Part shown: piece after piece, positions 18,851 to 28,590 of the stretch | Layout: the number at the start of each line of letters is the position of its first letter | Numbering within the stretch: the stretch's first letter is position 1 | Source of the DNA: Candidatus Eiseniibacteriota bacterium | Lineage (GTDB): Bacteria; Eisenbacteria; RBG-16-71-46 | Assembly: GCA_031364845.1 (NCBI GenBank) | Contig: JANLWX010000214.1 | Coordinates: forward strand, 1-31,008 | Direction of reading: 5' to 3' | DNA length: 31,008 nucleotides | Translations under genes and position numbers: made by a program | The notes under the pieces: generated by a model | The model's input: only the letters and a program-made list of their open reading frames with translations | Databases searched by the model: none | Told to the model about the DNA's origin: nothing

Positions 18851-19486
18851 ATGATCTCGGCCACCCAAGCGCTCGATCAGCTGCGCCAGGGGAATCTTCG
18901 TTTCGCATCGGACGATCGCAGCAGCGACGCCGTCACGAGCCACTCCCGCCGCCGCGAACTGGCTTCCGGCCAGGAGCCGTTCGCGATCATCCTCGGTTGT
19001 TCCGACTCGCGCGTGCCGGCCGAGATCGTGTTCGACCAGGGCCTCGGGGATCTGTTCGTGATCCGCGTCGCCGGCAACATCGTCGCTCCATCGCAGGTCG
19101 GCAGCGTCGAATTCGCAGCCGAGCGTTTCCACACTCGGCTCGTCGTGGTCCTCGGCCACTCCGCATGCGGCGCGATCGTGGCCACCCTCGAGGAACTCGG
19201 GCGCCCGACGGCCGATCAGTCGCGCAATCTGCGCTCGATCGTCGATCGCATTCGGCCCTCGGTGGAGCCGCTGATGGCACCGGAACTCGGTCTCGACTAT
19301 GACACGTTGGTGCGGGAAGCCGTTCGCGCCAACATCCGTGAGTCCGCGAACCACCTGCGGCATGGCTCGGAAGTTCTCGAACAGCTGGTGCGCGAGGACG
19401 GCCTGCTCGTGGTGGGAGCGGAGTATTCACTGGATACCGGGTTGGTCGAGTTCTTTGACGGAGTTCCTGCGGAGAGTGCGCGATGA
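18851..19486 (+). CDS. Beta-class carbonic anhydrase
   Basis: Zn-ligand motifs GCSDSRV and GHSACG, plus [11 protein letters not shown] and QGNLRF. Confidence 0.93.
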   Translation: MISATQALDQLRQGNLRFASDDRSSDAVTSHSRRRELASGQEPFAIILGCSDSRVPAEIVFDQGLGDLFVIRVAGNIVAPSQVGSVEFAAERFHTRLVVVLGHSACGAIVATLEELGRPTADQSRNLRSIVDRIRPSVEPLMAPELGLDYDTLVREAVRANIRESANHLRHGSEVLEQLVREDGLLVVGAEYSLDTGLVEFFDGVPAESAR

Positions 19487-19917
19487 CGCCGGTCTCGAAG
19501 AAAGCGAAGAAGCAGGTCAAGTCCAGGAAGGCTGCGCCGAAGGCAGCGAAGCTAAAGACCGCACCCTCGCCCGCGGCGCAGGTGCGAGCGTACTTCGCGA
19601 CGCTGCCGCCCGGCACGCGCCAGTGGCTCTCGAAACTGCGGGCGGCGATCCGCTCCGCGGCACCGGGCGCGGTCGACGTCATCAGCTACGCCATACCCGC
19701 CTACTGCCTCGAGGGAAAGGTGCTCATCTGGTACGCCGGATGGAGACACCACGGCAGCCTCTACCCGATGACTGCCGCGATGCGCCGTTCGTTTGCCGCC
19801 GACATCGAAGCATATACGTTGTCGAAGGGCACGATTCGATTCCCGCTCGATGAGCCGCCGCCGGTCGCGCTCGTGAAGCGTCTGGTGAAGGCACGGATCG
19901 CCGAGATCCGGAAGTAA
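19483..19917 (+). CDS. DUF1801/YdhG-like protein with Lys/Ala-rich N-terminus
   Basis: Motifs [32 protein letters not shown] and [16 protein letters not shown] overlap with the carbonic anhydrase gene. Confidence 0.85.
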   Translation: MTPVSKKAKKQVKSRKAAPKAAKLKTAPSPAAQVRAYFATLPPGTRQWLSKLRAAIRSAAPGAVDVISYAIPAYCLEGKVLIWYAGWRHHGSLYPMTAAMRRSFAADIEAYTLSKGTIRFPLDEPPPVALVKRLVKARIAEIRK

Positions 19918-19987
19918 GATCGTCTACGCTTGGGTCCACACTTTGACGCCGCGTCGCTCGCGCTCCTTCAGCGCGTATTTGCGGAGT
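19916..19987. repeat. Direct repeat copy A (orphan 3' end of the 20758-21303 gene)
   Basis: 72 bp matching 20748-20821 with 4 substitutions and one 2-bp indel. Encodes LRKYALKERERRGVKVWTQA* on the - strand. Confidence 0.9.
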
Positions 19988-19990
19988 GGG

Positions 19991-20113
19991 GTCTGACAAA
20001 GCGACTGGTCCTCAGGCAAGTGCACCTGTCGCGCTTGCTGCGTGCATACCAGAAGGCAACAGGTCGGAGCCTCATTCGCGCCGCCTGACGGATCATTCCC
20101 GGAGACGTTCGAT
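19991..20113 (+). other. Degenerate attC-like recombination site 1
   Basis: GTCTGAC (cf. RYYYAAC) ... imperfect long hairpin (GACTGGTCC-TCAGGC / GCCTGA-C-GGATCATTC; ACCTGT / ACAGGT) ... GTTCGAT (cf. GTTRRRY), overlapping the ATG of the next ORF. Confidence 0.4.
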
Positions 20114-20612
20114 GACTTCACCGGCTGATGGCGCAGCACTCCTCGCTGGGTTTGTTCTGGCCCACGCCGTCTGGAACGTGTCCGATCTGCCCAACGGCGA
20201 GCTCCTCGTTCCGTTTGCAGTGAGTGAAGTCGAGAACGAGCGGAGCCTCGAAAGGTTCGAAGCCGATACTCAGGAAGAGGCCATCGCCGCCGGCAAGGCA
20301 GCCATGCAGGGAGCGATGTCCACGGCAGATTCATGGGCCTTTGCCCGTGATGGCACGATGGACCGCGACGGCAAAGAGGTCGACGTATTGTCCGTAGACT
20401 TCTGGTCGAAGGGGATGCCGGAACCCATGACCGTCATCCAGGAGTATCAGCCGCCCACGAAGTCGAGCCCCTTCCGGCTCATCGGTAAGCCGATACTCGT
20501 AGAGAATGGGGTCGCGCAATCGTCCGCTGCCGCAAAGTCCGTTCTTGGTCAAGTGCTTGCGGGGGTTCGATCGCATTCGAAGGTCGCGGTTCTTTGGAAC
20601 TCATGGCAATGA
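20112..20612 (+). CDS. Hypothetical protein (gene-cassette-like orphan)
   Basis: 166-aa ORF with globular-looking composition (LAGFVLAHAVW, WAFARDG). Starts immediately at the GTT box and has GGAG upstream. Confidence 0.65.
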   Translation: MTSPADGAALLAGFVLAHAVWNVSDLPNGELLVPFAVSEVENERSLERFEADTQEEAIAAGKAAMQGAMSTADSWAFARDGTMDRDGKEVDVLSVDFWSKGMPEPMTVIQEYQPPTKSSPFRLIGKPILVENGVAQSSAAAKSVLGQVLAGVRSHSKVAVLWNSWQ

Positions 20613-20683
20613 CGCGTTTGGCCATACGCATCCACCACTCGCCATGAGGACTGTTCATGAGTGGCGACTGGTTCGGAAATTCG

Positions 20684-20740
20684 GTGCATGACATGGAGCG
20701 AGCGTTGCCCCGTTGCGCCGCTCATGCCGAAACGTTGCAC
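20684..20740 (+). other. Degenerate attC-like recombination site 2
   Basis: GTGCA...CATGGAGCG-AGCG / CGC-CGCTCATG...GTTGCAC. One extra base in the left arm and outer GTGCA/TGCAC complementarity. The AAC and spacer of the R'' box are missing. Confidence 0.45.
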
Positions 20741-20747
20741 GGAGCGC

Positions 20748-20821
20748 AAGATCGTCTCTACGCCTGGGTCCACACTTTGACGCCGCGTCGCTCGCGCTCC
20801 TTCAGTGCGTACTCGCGGAGT
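20748..20821. repeat. Direct repeat copy B (functional 3' end of the 20758-21303 gene)
   Basis: 74 bp matching 19916-19987. Confidence 0.9.
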
Positions 20822-21303
20822 TTGTCGGCGAGGGCGGGGAGGCTCTTCACGCCGTAGAGCCGGATCTCCGGTGTGCTGCGGTCGGTGGAGCGCAGAATCA
20901 GGATCGCGTGGCCCAGCATGCGCATGCCGAGCGGCTGCTCCAGAACGATGTCGTCGATGCGGTAGAGCTCGGTGTCCTGCCGCGATTTCGAGAACACGCC
21001 GCGTTCGATCCGCACACGTTGCGTGGTAATTTCGAAATGCGTCGAGAGACTCGCGAGCCAATACCACAGTCCGGCGATCCCGAGCGTGACGATCGTGAAC
21101 GCCCAGCGACCAACCGAGTGAAGTGCCGCCGGATGTCCGGAGAACAACGTCTTCTCGACCCCGAGTTCGCGCTTCGCGACAAAGGCTTCGAGGTCCTCGC
21201 CGCAGAAGCGGCACTTGAGCGCTCCTGCTTTGATCGTCTCGCCGCACGCGGGACAGCTCTTGGTGTCGCCGGCCGGTGTGGGTTCTCCAGCGATCGGCTC
21301 CAT
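20758..21303 (-). CDS. Zinc-ribbon plus bacterial PH-domain (bPH_2-like) membrane protein
   Basis: CPACGE...CRFCG, one TM segment, FEITTQRVRIERGVFS...ELYRIDDI...QPLGMRMLG. GAGGAG RBS. Confidence 0.85.
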   Translation of the reverse strand: MEPIAGEPTPAGDTKSCPACGETIKAGALKCRFCGEDLEAFVAKRELGVEKTLFSGHPAALHSVGRWAFTIVTLGIAGLWYWLASLSTHFEITTQRVRIERGVFSKSRQDTELYRIDDIVLEQPLGMRMLGHAILILRSTDRSTPEIRLYGVKSLPALADKLREYALKERERRGVKVWTQA

Positions 21304-21677
21304 GAAGGTCTCCTCGTCGAGGGATGGTTCGCAGTCCCGGTATCGATAAGTTCATGCATCAACCGTCTGCGCTGGATCCCGGCTGCCCCGCATCATAGCC
21401 CGCCGGCCGATGCATGACGATGGAACGATCGGGGCATGTCGCAGAGTGCTCCGTGGGCCTCGCTCGACGTTCGTCACGATCACCGTACGTTTGTGGCGTT
21501 CCCGGCTGCGTTTCCACGGCGCTGATTCACCCGAGTCGGCATCACCAAAACATGTTTCCGCCGGCCAAACATCGATGCTGAACGTGTTCGGGCTAGGGTC
21601 CTCGCGCGTGCTGCGATAGTCTGACTGCCGGGCTGATGGCGATGGCTCACGAATCTTTCGGAGGGGCGGTGGCCGTC

Positions 21678-24600
21678 ATGTCCAGATACCGAGCTCGAGT
21701 TCTGCTGGCCGCCATCCTCTCGCTCGTTGCGGGCCAGCTCCGCGACGCCCACGCCTCGGTCGAATTCGGGAACTCGACGGCCTACCCGACCGGGTTCGGG
21801 GCCAGCGCCGCGGTGATTGCCGACGTGAACCTCGACGGCAAGCCCGACCTGTTGACCGCGAATACCAATCAGAATTCGGTATCCGTGCTGCTCGGCACGG
21901 GAAACGGGAGCTTCGCTGCCAGGACCGATTATACGGTGGGCGTGTCGCCACTGTCGGTGGCCGTCGGCGATTTGAACCGCGACGGGATCCTCGATCTGGT
22001 AACGGCGAACTCCTCCGCGAACACCATCTCGGTATTGTTCGGCACGGGTGGGGGCGCATTCAGCGCGAAGGTCGACTGGCTTACCGGGGCGGTCCCAAGC
22101 TGGGTGGCGCTCGGAGACCTCGACCGTGACGGAGATCTCGATGTCGTCGTCTCGAACCGCAGCGGCCCGTCCGTGTCGGTCCTGTTGAACATCGGTTCTG
22201 GCAGCTTCGGAGGCAGGACGGACTTCACGACGGGCGGCACGCCGCGCGCAGTGGCGCTCGGGGATCTGAACCGCGACGGAATTCTCGACATTGCGGCGGC
22301 CAGCTCCGGCGCCAACGCGGTGTCGGTGTTGATGGGCACGGGCACCGGGAGCTTCGGAGCGAAGACCGATATCGCGACCGGCATGACGCCATTTTCGGTC
22401 GCGATTGCCGATGTGAATATGGACGGCAGGCCGGATCTCGTGTCGAGCAACTACTTGTCCGCGAGCATTTCCGTAAATCTCGGTACGGGCGCTGGTGGGT
22501 TCGGAGCGAAGACTGATTTCGCCACCGGGTCGAATCCGCGCTCCGTGGCCGTCGCCGACGTGAACGACGATGGAATCCCCGACATCGCGACTGCCAACTA
22601 TGTTTCGGGCAACGTGTCGGTGCTGCCGGGCGACGGCGCCGGGAACTTCGCGGCGCATGTCGACTTCGCGGCTGGAACGAATCCCAGCGCGGTCGTCCTC
22701 GAAGACCTGAACGCCGACGGACGGGCGGATCTCGCGAACGTAAATTTCGGGTCCAACGATTTGATGGTGCGACTCAACGAGCATGTCGGCAGCGTGACGG
22801 GAGTTTTCAACACGCTCGACACGTACGTCTCCGGGAGCGATCCGCGCTCGGTCGCGATCAGTGACTTGAACCGTGACGGGCGGCTGGACCTAGTAGCGGT
22901 GAACTATTCGTCCGCGTCGGTTTCGCGTTTCATGGGGATGGGCGCTGGCTTCTTCCGGCCCAAGTCCGATTTTACCACGGTGTCCTCTCCTCAGTCGGTG
23001 GCGATCGGCGATCTCAATCGCGACGGAATTGCTGACCTGGTCGTGGCTGCCACTCAACTTCATGTGAGTCTCGGAACCGGTAGCGGCACGTTCGGTGCCT
23101 CCGTGGCGTACGCCAGCGGCTCAAGTCCTAACCGGATGGCGCTCGGCGACCTGAATCGCGATGGCCGAACCGATGTTGTCGCCATCACGGCTACTTCGGG
23201 CGTGTGGGTACATCTCGGTACGGGTACCGGCGCCCTTGGAACTCCCGCAAATTTCGTGACCCAGAATGGCTCGACGGATGTCGCGATCAGCGATTTGAAT
23301 CGGGACGGCAAGCTAGATCTCGCAGTATGCAACGGCTTGGGAACGACGGTCTCCATTCTGCTTGGCAATGGCGATGGAACATTCGGCGCTAAAACGGATT
23401 TCGCCGCTGGCGCGCAACCCGGCGCAGTAGCCATCGGCGACCTGAACCGCGACGGCAGGCTGGACTTGGCAATTGTGAGTCAAACAGTGTCGTCCGGATC
23501 CATCTTGCTGGGTGATGGGTCCGGCGGCTTCGCGCCGAGAACCACATTTGGGACCGACGGTTGGTGCACCGCGATCAAAATCGGAGATGCGGATGGCAAC
23601 GGCACCGCGGATCTGGTGTTCCTCCAGTCCGTTCCCAACACCGTCGGGTTCTTGCCCGGCACGGGCGCCGGCACCTTCGGAAGCCGGCTTGATTTCCCGG
23701 CAGGGCCGGGGAATCCATCGGCGCTCGCGATCGGCGATCTCAATGGCGATGGCAAACTGGACATTGCTGTCGCCAATGGCACTTCCTCGACGTCGATAAC
23801 CGTCCTGCTCAACGGCACCCCGCAGGCGGTGCGATTCGTAGACGCCACGCCCGCGCTGCTGGCTGACGCGGGCAACAACGGACGTGGCGTCGCCTGGGGG
23901 GACTTCGATGGCGACCTCGACCTCGACCTGGTCGTTGCGAACGGCAATACCGGGAATCGCCTGTTTAGCAACGGCGGCGGCACGTGGAGCAGCGTCAGTG
24001 TCCCCGCCATTGCCGACACCGCTGATAACAACTCGGTGGCCTGGGGTGACTACGACAACGACGGCGATCTTGACCTGTTTGTTGCGCGCAGCGGAGGCCA
24101 TCTCAATTCGTTGCTGCGCAACGACGGCGGTACGTTCGTGAATGTGACCCCCGCTGTGCTGGCCGCGAGCCTGCAGGCCAATGCTTGTCAGGCGGGGGTT
24201 TGGGGCGACTACGACAATGATGGGGACCTCGATCTCTACCTCGTGAATGCGAACCGGCCGAACCGGCTGGTGCGCAACGACGGAACGACGTGGACCGACG
24301 CGACAACGGGGGGACTCGGAGATACGGGAAATGGATGGGCCGCGGCGTGGGGTGATTACGACAGCGACGGCGACGTCGATCTATATCTGGTGAACATCAA
24401 TTCTGCGAACAAGTTGTTCCGTAACGACAGCGGAATCTGGACGACGATTTCGACGATGCCGATCGGCGATGTCGGCTTCGGGCGAGGCGTGGCGTGGGGG
24501 GACTACGACAACGACGGGGATCTCGACCTGTATCTGGTCAAGGACGGTCAACCCAACAAATTGTTGCGCAATCTGGGAAACGACTCGTTCGCGGACGCCA

Positions 24601-26819
24601 CCGTCGCGCCCTTGGACAACACCGACGAAGGCAACGCCGTCGCGTGGGCGGACTACGACAACGACGGCGATCTCGATTTGTATGTGACGAACGACAACCA
24701 GCCCAACAAACTGTTCCGGAACGAGGGCGCCAATGTCTGGACGGATATGTCCCAGGGCGCGCTTGGCGATGACGGCGACGGCGTCGGCACCGCATGGGGC
24801 GATTACGACAACGACGGCGACCTCGATCTGTTCTTCACGAATACCGCCCAGGACAATCACCTGCTTCGTAACGACAACATCAGCGGCAATCATTGGCTCC
24901 ACCTGAACCTGGTCGGTGTCGTATCGAACCGTTCGGCAATTGGCGCACGCGTCACGGTGACCGCCGGGGGGAGGACTCGTATCCAGGAAATCTCGGGCGG
25001 CTCAGGTCTTGGATCCCAAAATTCCCTGACCGTCGAATTCGGACTCGGCACTGCGAGCAGCATCACCAGTCTCACGATCAAGTGGCCATCCGGGATCGTG
25101 CAGTCCGTGACGCCCGCGCCCGCGGTCGATCAGGTTCTGACGGTGATGGAATCCGGCTTTGCGATCGATCGCCAACTTTCGGCCACCCGCTCGTTGGGGG
25201 CCGCGTGGGGGGACTACGACGGGGATGGCGATCTCGATCTGGTGGCGGGACTCAGCCTCTACCGAAACGATCGACCGTCGTGGCAACTCGCGCCATTCGT
25301 ATTCTTCATCGGGGCATACCGCGGGGAATTCTGGGCGGACTACGATCAGGATGACGATCTCGATGTGCTCGTCACGAGTTCCAACGGAACCTCGCTGTTC
25401 CGTAATGACGGCGGCAGCTGGACGGATGTGTCCGCCGGGGCCCTCGCCGTGACCAGGAACTCCATGGGAGCGGTATGGGGCGATTTCGATCGAGATGGAG
25501 ATCTCGATCTCTACGTTGTGAACATCGGCCAGGCCAATCGGCTGATCCGCAACGACGCGGGATCGTGGGTGGACGCCACGACCGGTCCTCTTGGCGACAC
25601 CGGAACCGGGCAGGGTGTGGCGGCCGGTGACTACGACAACGACGGCGATCTCGATCTCTATGTCACCAACATCCTCCAATCCAACCGGCTGTTCCGCAAT
25701 GACGGCGGAGCGTGGACGGACGTCACGAGTGCCACCATCGCCGTTGCGTCCGATTCAAGCCGCGGCGCCGCGTGGGGCGACTACGACAATGACGGCGACC
25801 TCGATCTCTACGTGACGAACACCCGGCTTCCCGGGAACCGGCTGTTTCGGAACGATGCGGGCACCTGGACGGATGTGTCGACGCCGGTGCTCGCCGACGG
25901 CAGATCGAGCGTAGGTGCCGCGTGGGCCGACTACGACAACGACGGAGATCTGGACCTGTTCGTGACACACATCCACGTCGGTAACACGTCCTATACGCCC
26001 AACTCGCTACTGCGGAACGACGGAGCTATTTGGACGCGGATCATTCTGTCGCCCTTCGCCAGCTACAATGAGTCCGACGTCGGCGCTGCGGTGGCGTGGG
26101 GTGACTACGATCTGGATGGTGACCTCGATTTATATGCGACGAACGGTCCGACCAGCCCATCGACCAACAGCCTCATCCAGAACGTGAATTCGACCGGCAA
26201 CCATTGGCTGCATCTGGACCTGATCGGAATTGAATCGAACCGGTCCGCGATCGGGGCGCGTGTGAAGTTGGTCGCCGGCGGCATCACCCAGATCCAGGAG
26301 GTTTCCGGCGGATCGGGATACCTGTCGCAGAACTCGCTCACCGTCGAATTCGGCCTGGGTGCCACGACGGTCGTGGATTCGCTGATCATCCGGTGGCCGT
26401 CCGGGCTCGTGCAGGTCGCCTATGCCGCGCCTGGGGCGGCTCACACGGCGATCGCAACTTCGGGACTCGCGGTCGATCGGCGCGTGACAGTCCAGGAATC
26501 GGCGCTGACCGGGATCCCAGGAACGATCGAGACCCCATTGCTGGCGCTGGCGGTGGCTCCCAACCCGTTCCGTGATCGCACCGCGATCGAGTTCTCGTTA
26601 ACCGAAGCGGGACGGGTGCGGATCACCGCGCACGATCTTCAGGGCCGCATGCTGGCAGCCCTGGTGGATGGCGAGTTCGCTGCGGGGCGGCACTCGACGT
26701 CGTGGAGCTCGGGGCCGATCGCGCTGCGCGAGGCGCGGCCTGGGATTTATTTCGTGCGAATGGAAACCTTCGGTCCGTCCCACGCGGTCCGGATCGCCAA
26801 GGTCGCTCGTATGCGATAG
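21678..26819 (+). CDS. Large secreted FG-GAP/VCBS repeat protein with two CRTAC1-like/ASPIC-UnbV modules and a C-terminal FlgD-Ig/T9SS-like domain
   Basis: Signal peptide, 28 DxxxDGxxD-type repeats, two SNRSAIGARV...GSG..SQNS...EFGLG...WPSG blocks, and C-terminal PNPFR...DLQGR...PGIYFVR. Confidence 0.9.
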   Translation: MSRYRARVLLAAILSLVAGQLRDAHASVEFGNSTAYPTGFGASAAVIADVNLDGKPDLLTANTNQNSVSVLLGTGNGSFAARTDYTVGVSPLSVAVGDLNRDGILDLVTANSSANTISVLFGTGGGAFSAKVDWLTGAVPSWVALGDLDRDGDLDVVVSNRSGPSVSVLLNIGSGSFGGRTDFTTGGTPRAVALGDLNRDGILDIAAASSGANAVSVLMGTGTGSFGAKTDIATGMTPFSVAIADVNMDGRPDLVSSNYLSASISVNLGTGAGGFGAKTDFATGSNPRSVAVADVNDDGIPDIATANYVSGNVSVLPGDGAGNFAAHVDFAAGTNPSAVVLEDLNADGRADLANVNFGSNDLMVRLNEHVGSVTGVFNTLDTYVSGSDPRSVAISDLNRDGRLDLVAVNYSSASVSRFMGMGAGFFRPKSDFTTVSSPQSVAIGDLNRDGIADLVVAATQLHVSLGTGSGTFGASVAYASGSSPNRMALGDLNRDGRTDVVAITATSGVWVHLGTGTGALGTPANFVTQNGSTDVAISDLNRDGKLDLAVCNGLGTTVSILLGNGDGTFGAKTDFAAGAQPGAVAIGDLNRDGRLDLAIVSQTVSSGSILLGDGSGGFAPRTTFGTDGWCTAIKIGDADGNGTADLVFLQSVPNTVGFLPGTGAGTFGSRLDFPAGPGNPSALAIGDLNGDGKLDIAVANGTSSTSITVLLNGTPQAVRFVDATPALLADAGNNGRGVAWGDFDGDLDLDLVVANGNTGNRLFSNGGGTWSSVSVPAIADTADNNSVAWGDYDNDGDLDLFVARSGGHLNSLLRNDGGTFVNVTPAVLAASLQANACQAGVWGDYDNDGDLDLYLVNANRPNRLVRNDGTTWTDATTGGLGDTGNGWAAAWGDYDSDGDVDLYLVNINSANKLFRNDSGIWTTISTMPIGDVGFGRGVAWGDYDNDGDLDLYLVKDGQPNKLLRNLGNDSFADATVAPLDNTDEGNAVAWADYDNDGDLDLYVTNDNQPNKLFRNEGANVWTDMSQGALGDDGDGVGTAWGDYDNDGDLDLFFTNTAQDNHLLRNDNISGNHWLHLNLVGVVSNRSAIGARVTVTAGGRTRIQEISGGSGLGSQNSLTVEFGLGTASSITSLTIKWPSGIVQSVTPAPAVDQVLTVMESGFAIDRQLSATRSLGAAWGDYDGDGDLDLVAGLSLYRNDRPSWQLAPFVFFIGAYRGEFWADYDQDDDLDVLVTSSNGTSLFRNDGGSWTDVSAGALAVTRNSMGAVWGDFDRDGDLDLYVVNIGQANRLIRNDAGSWVDATTGPLGDTGTGQGVAAGDYDNDGDLDLYVTNILQSNRLFRNDGGAWTDVTSATIAVASDSSRGAAWGDYDNDGDLDLYVTNTRLPGNRLFRNDAGTWTDVSTPVLADGRSSVGAAWADYDNDGDLDLFVTHIHVGNTSYTPNSLLRNDGAIWTRIILSPFASYNESDVGAAVAWGDYDLDGDLDLYATNGPTSPSTNSLIQNVNSTGNHWLHLDLIGIESNRSAIGARVKLVAGGITQIQEVSGGSGYLSQNSLTVEFGLGATTVVDSLIIRWPSGLVQVAYAAPGAAHTAIATSGLAVDRRVTVQESALTGIPGTIETPLLALAVAPNPFRDRTAIEFSLTEAGRVRITAHDLQGRMLAALVDGEFAAGRHSTSWSSGPIALREARPGIYFVRMETFGPSHAVRIAKVARMR

Positions 26820-26874
26820 CGCGGCTCCGTCCACGCCTCGGCCCCGTCGCAGGATCTCATGCATGGTGGTCGTG

Positions 26875-28386
26875 CTATCGCGCGACGAATCGCCGCCTCT
26901 CGTACGCCCGATACTGCAGCGCCTCCGCGAGCCGCAGGCCGCTGATCCGCTCCTCGCCGGCGAGATCGGCGATGGTCCGCGCCACGCGCAGCGCGCGGTG
27001 TACGCCGCGCGCGGACATGCCTCCGCGATCGACGGCGTCGGCGATCAGATTGCGACCGACCGCGTCCAAACCGCATACGCTGCGCAGTGACGCGTTCGGC
27101 AGCATCGCGTTGAGCGCGCCACGTTCGCGCTGGCGCGCTCGCGCGGCGAGCACGCGGTCGCGCACCACCGCACTCGGCTCTCCCGGTGTGGCGGCCATCA
27201 CCTCGGCCGACGTGAGAGCGGGCACTTCGATCTGCAGATCGAGGCGGTCGAGCACCGGGCCCGAAACGCGCGCCGCGTGCTGCTGCAGATCGGCGGGTGT
27301 GCACTTGCAGCCGCGCAGCGGATGGCCGAGCCATCCGCACTTGCATGGATTCATGGCTCCGATCAGCAACGTACGCGCGGGGAAGCACGCGGTGCCGGTC
27401 GCGCGAGAGAGCCACACGCGTCCGCTCTCGAGCGGCTCGCGCAGCGAGTCGAGCAGACCGCGCGGAAACTCGGACAGTTCGTCGAGGAACAGAACGCCCA
27501 GATGCGCGAGTGAGATCTCACCGGGATGCGGGGGCGCGCCGCCGCCGATCAAGCCCGCGCGCGTCACCGACACGTGCGGCGCGCGGAACGGACGCTCGCG
27601 CATGAGTCCGCTGCCCGGCCGCCTGAGCCCGGCGGCTGAGTGGACGCGCGTGACGACCAGCGCTTCGTCGGCGTCGAGCGCCGGCAGGATGCCGGGCAGG
27701 CGGCTCGCGAGCATCGACTTGCCGGACCCCGGCGGACCGACCAGCAGCAGATGATGCGCGCCGGCCGCGGCGATCTCGAGCGCGCGGCGCGCCATCGCCT
27801 GACCGCGCACGTCGGCGAGATCGTCCAGCACGCGCGCTTCGGTGTCGGGCGGTCCGGGATGCGCGCGGGGGAGGTCCTCGCCGCGCAGCCACGCCACCGC
27901 TTCGACGACATTGGCGACCGGAAGCACAGTCAGTCCTTCGACCAGCGCCGCTTCGGGCGCGCCGTCCTTGGGACACAAGGCGACCGTCGCTCCGGCGCGC
28001 CACACCGCTTCAGCCAACCCGAGCATGCCGCGCGGCGCGCGCAGCCCGCCGTCGAGCGCGATCTCTCCGATGACTGCGGTCGCGGCGAGGCGCTCGTGCG
28101 GTGCCTGCAGTGTGGCGACGAGCACCCCCAGCGCCATCGCGAGGTCGGCGGATGCGCCCTGCTTGTGCCGCTCGGCGGGCGCGAGATTCACGGTGACACG
28201 GCGGTCGGGCAGCACGAAGCCCGAGTTGCGCAGCGCCGGCCACACGCGCTCCCGCGCTTCCCGCGCGGTCGCATCGGCGTGACCGACCATCACAAGCCCC
28301 GGCAGGCCCTGGCCGACATCGATCTCGCACTCGACAGGAAACGCTTCGACGCCCCACAACGCGGCCGTGTGGATTCGGGCGAGCAT
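26875..28386 (-). CDS. comM: YifB/ComM-family Mg-chelatase-like AAA+ ATPase
   Basis: Motifs VTVNLAPA, DVRGQ, GPPGSGKSM, RPFRAPH, PGEISLAH.GVLFLDE, NPCKCG, SGPVLDRLD and RVARTIADL. Confidence 0.9.
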   Translation of the reverse strand: MLARIHTAALWGVEAFPVECEIDVGQGLPGLVMVGHADATAREARERVWPALRNSGFVLPDRRVTVNLAPAERHKQGASADLAMALGVLVATLQAPHERLAATAVIGEIALDGGLRAPRGMLGLAEAVWRAGATVALCPKDGAPEAALVEGLTVLPVANVVEAVAWLRGEDLPRAHPGPPDTEARVLDDLADVRGQAMARRALEIAAAGAHHLLLVGPPGSGKSMLASRLPGILPALDADEALVVTRVHSAAGLRRPGSGLMRERPFRAPHVSVTRAGLIGGGAPPHPGEISLAHLGVLFLDELSEFPRGLLDSLREPLESGRVWLSRATGTACFPARTLLIGAMNPCKCGWLGHPLRGCKCTPADLQQHAARVSGPVLDRLDLQIEVPALTSAEVMAATPGEPSAVVRDRVLAARARQRERGALNAMLPNASLRSVCGLDAVGRNLIADAVDRGGMSARGVHRALRVARTIADLAGEERISGLRLAEALQYRAYERRRFVAR

Positions 28387-28590
28387 GTTCGACTCCGCGG
28401 GGGCGGGTCGCAGCGACGGCGGGCTCGAACGTCCGCATGCCCGGGATGCACACAAGGCGTGGCACGTCGCGTGCCTGAAGACGATCGTCACCCGCGGGCG
28501 CGGATCGCGACAACTCAGCGCCGGCACCACGAACGCCGGCGAACGAATCCATCGCGCCGGCGCCCCACGCATCACCCACGGAGGTCCATC

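Noticed and set aside
19916..20821. DGR template/variable repeat pair at a gene 3' end
   Set aside because: No reverse transcriptase in the window, and the differences are not confined to adenines of one copy (gene GCA vs copy GCG). There is also an indel, and the target is not a CLec/Ig-like domain.
21800..26130. Periodic DNA repeats (GACTACGACAACGACGGCGATCTCGA etc.) as a CRISPR-like array
   Set aside because: They are in-frame codons of FG-GAP repeats with synonymous variation.
26875..28386. comM (or radC) as an island-interrupted integration hotspot
   Set aside because: Both genes are intact and no integrase is adjacent.
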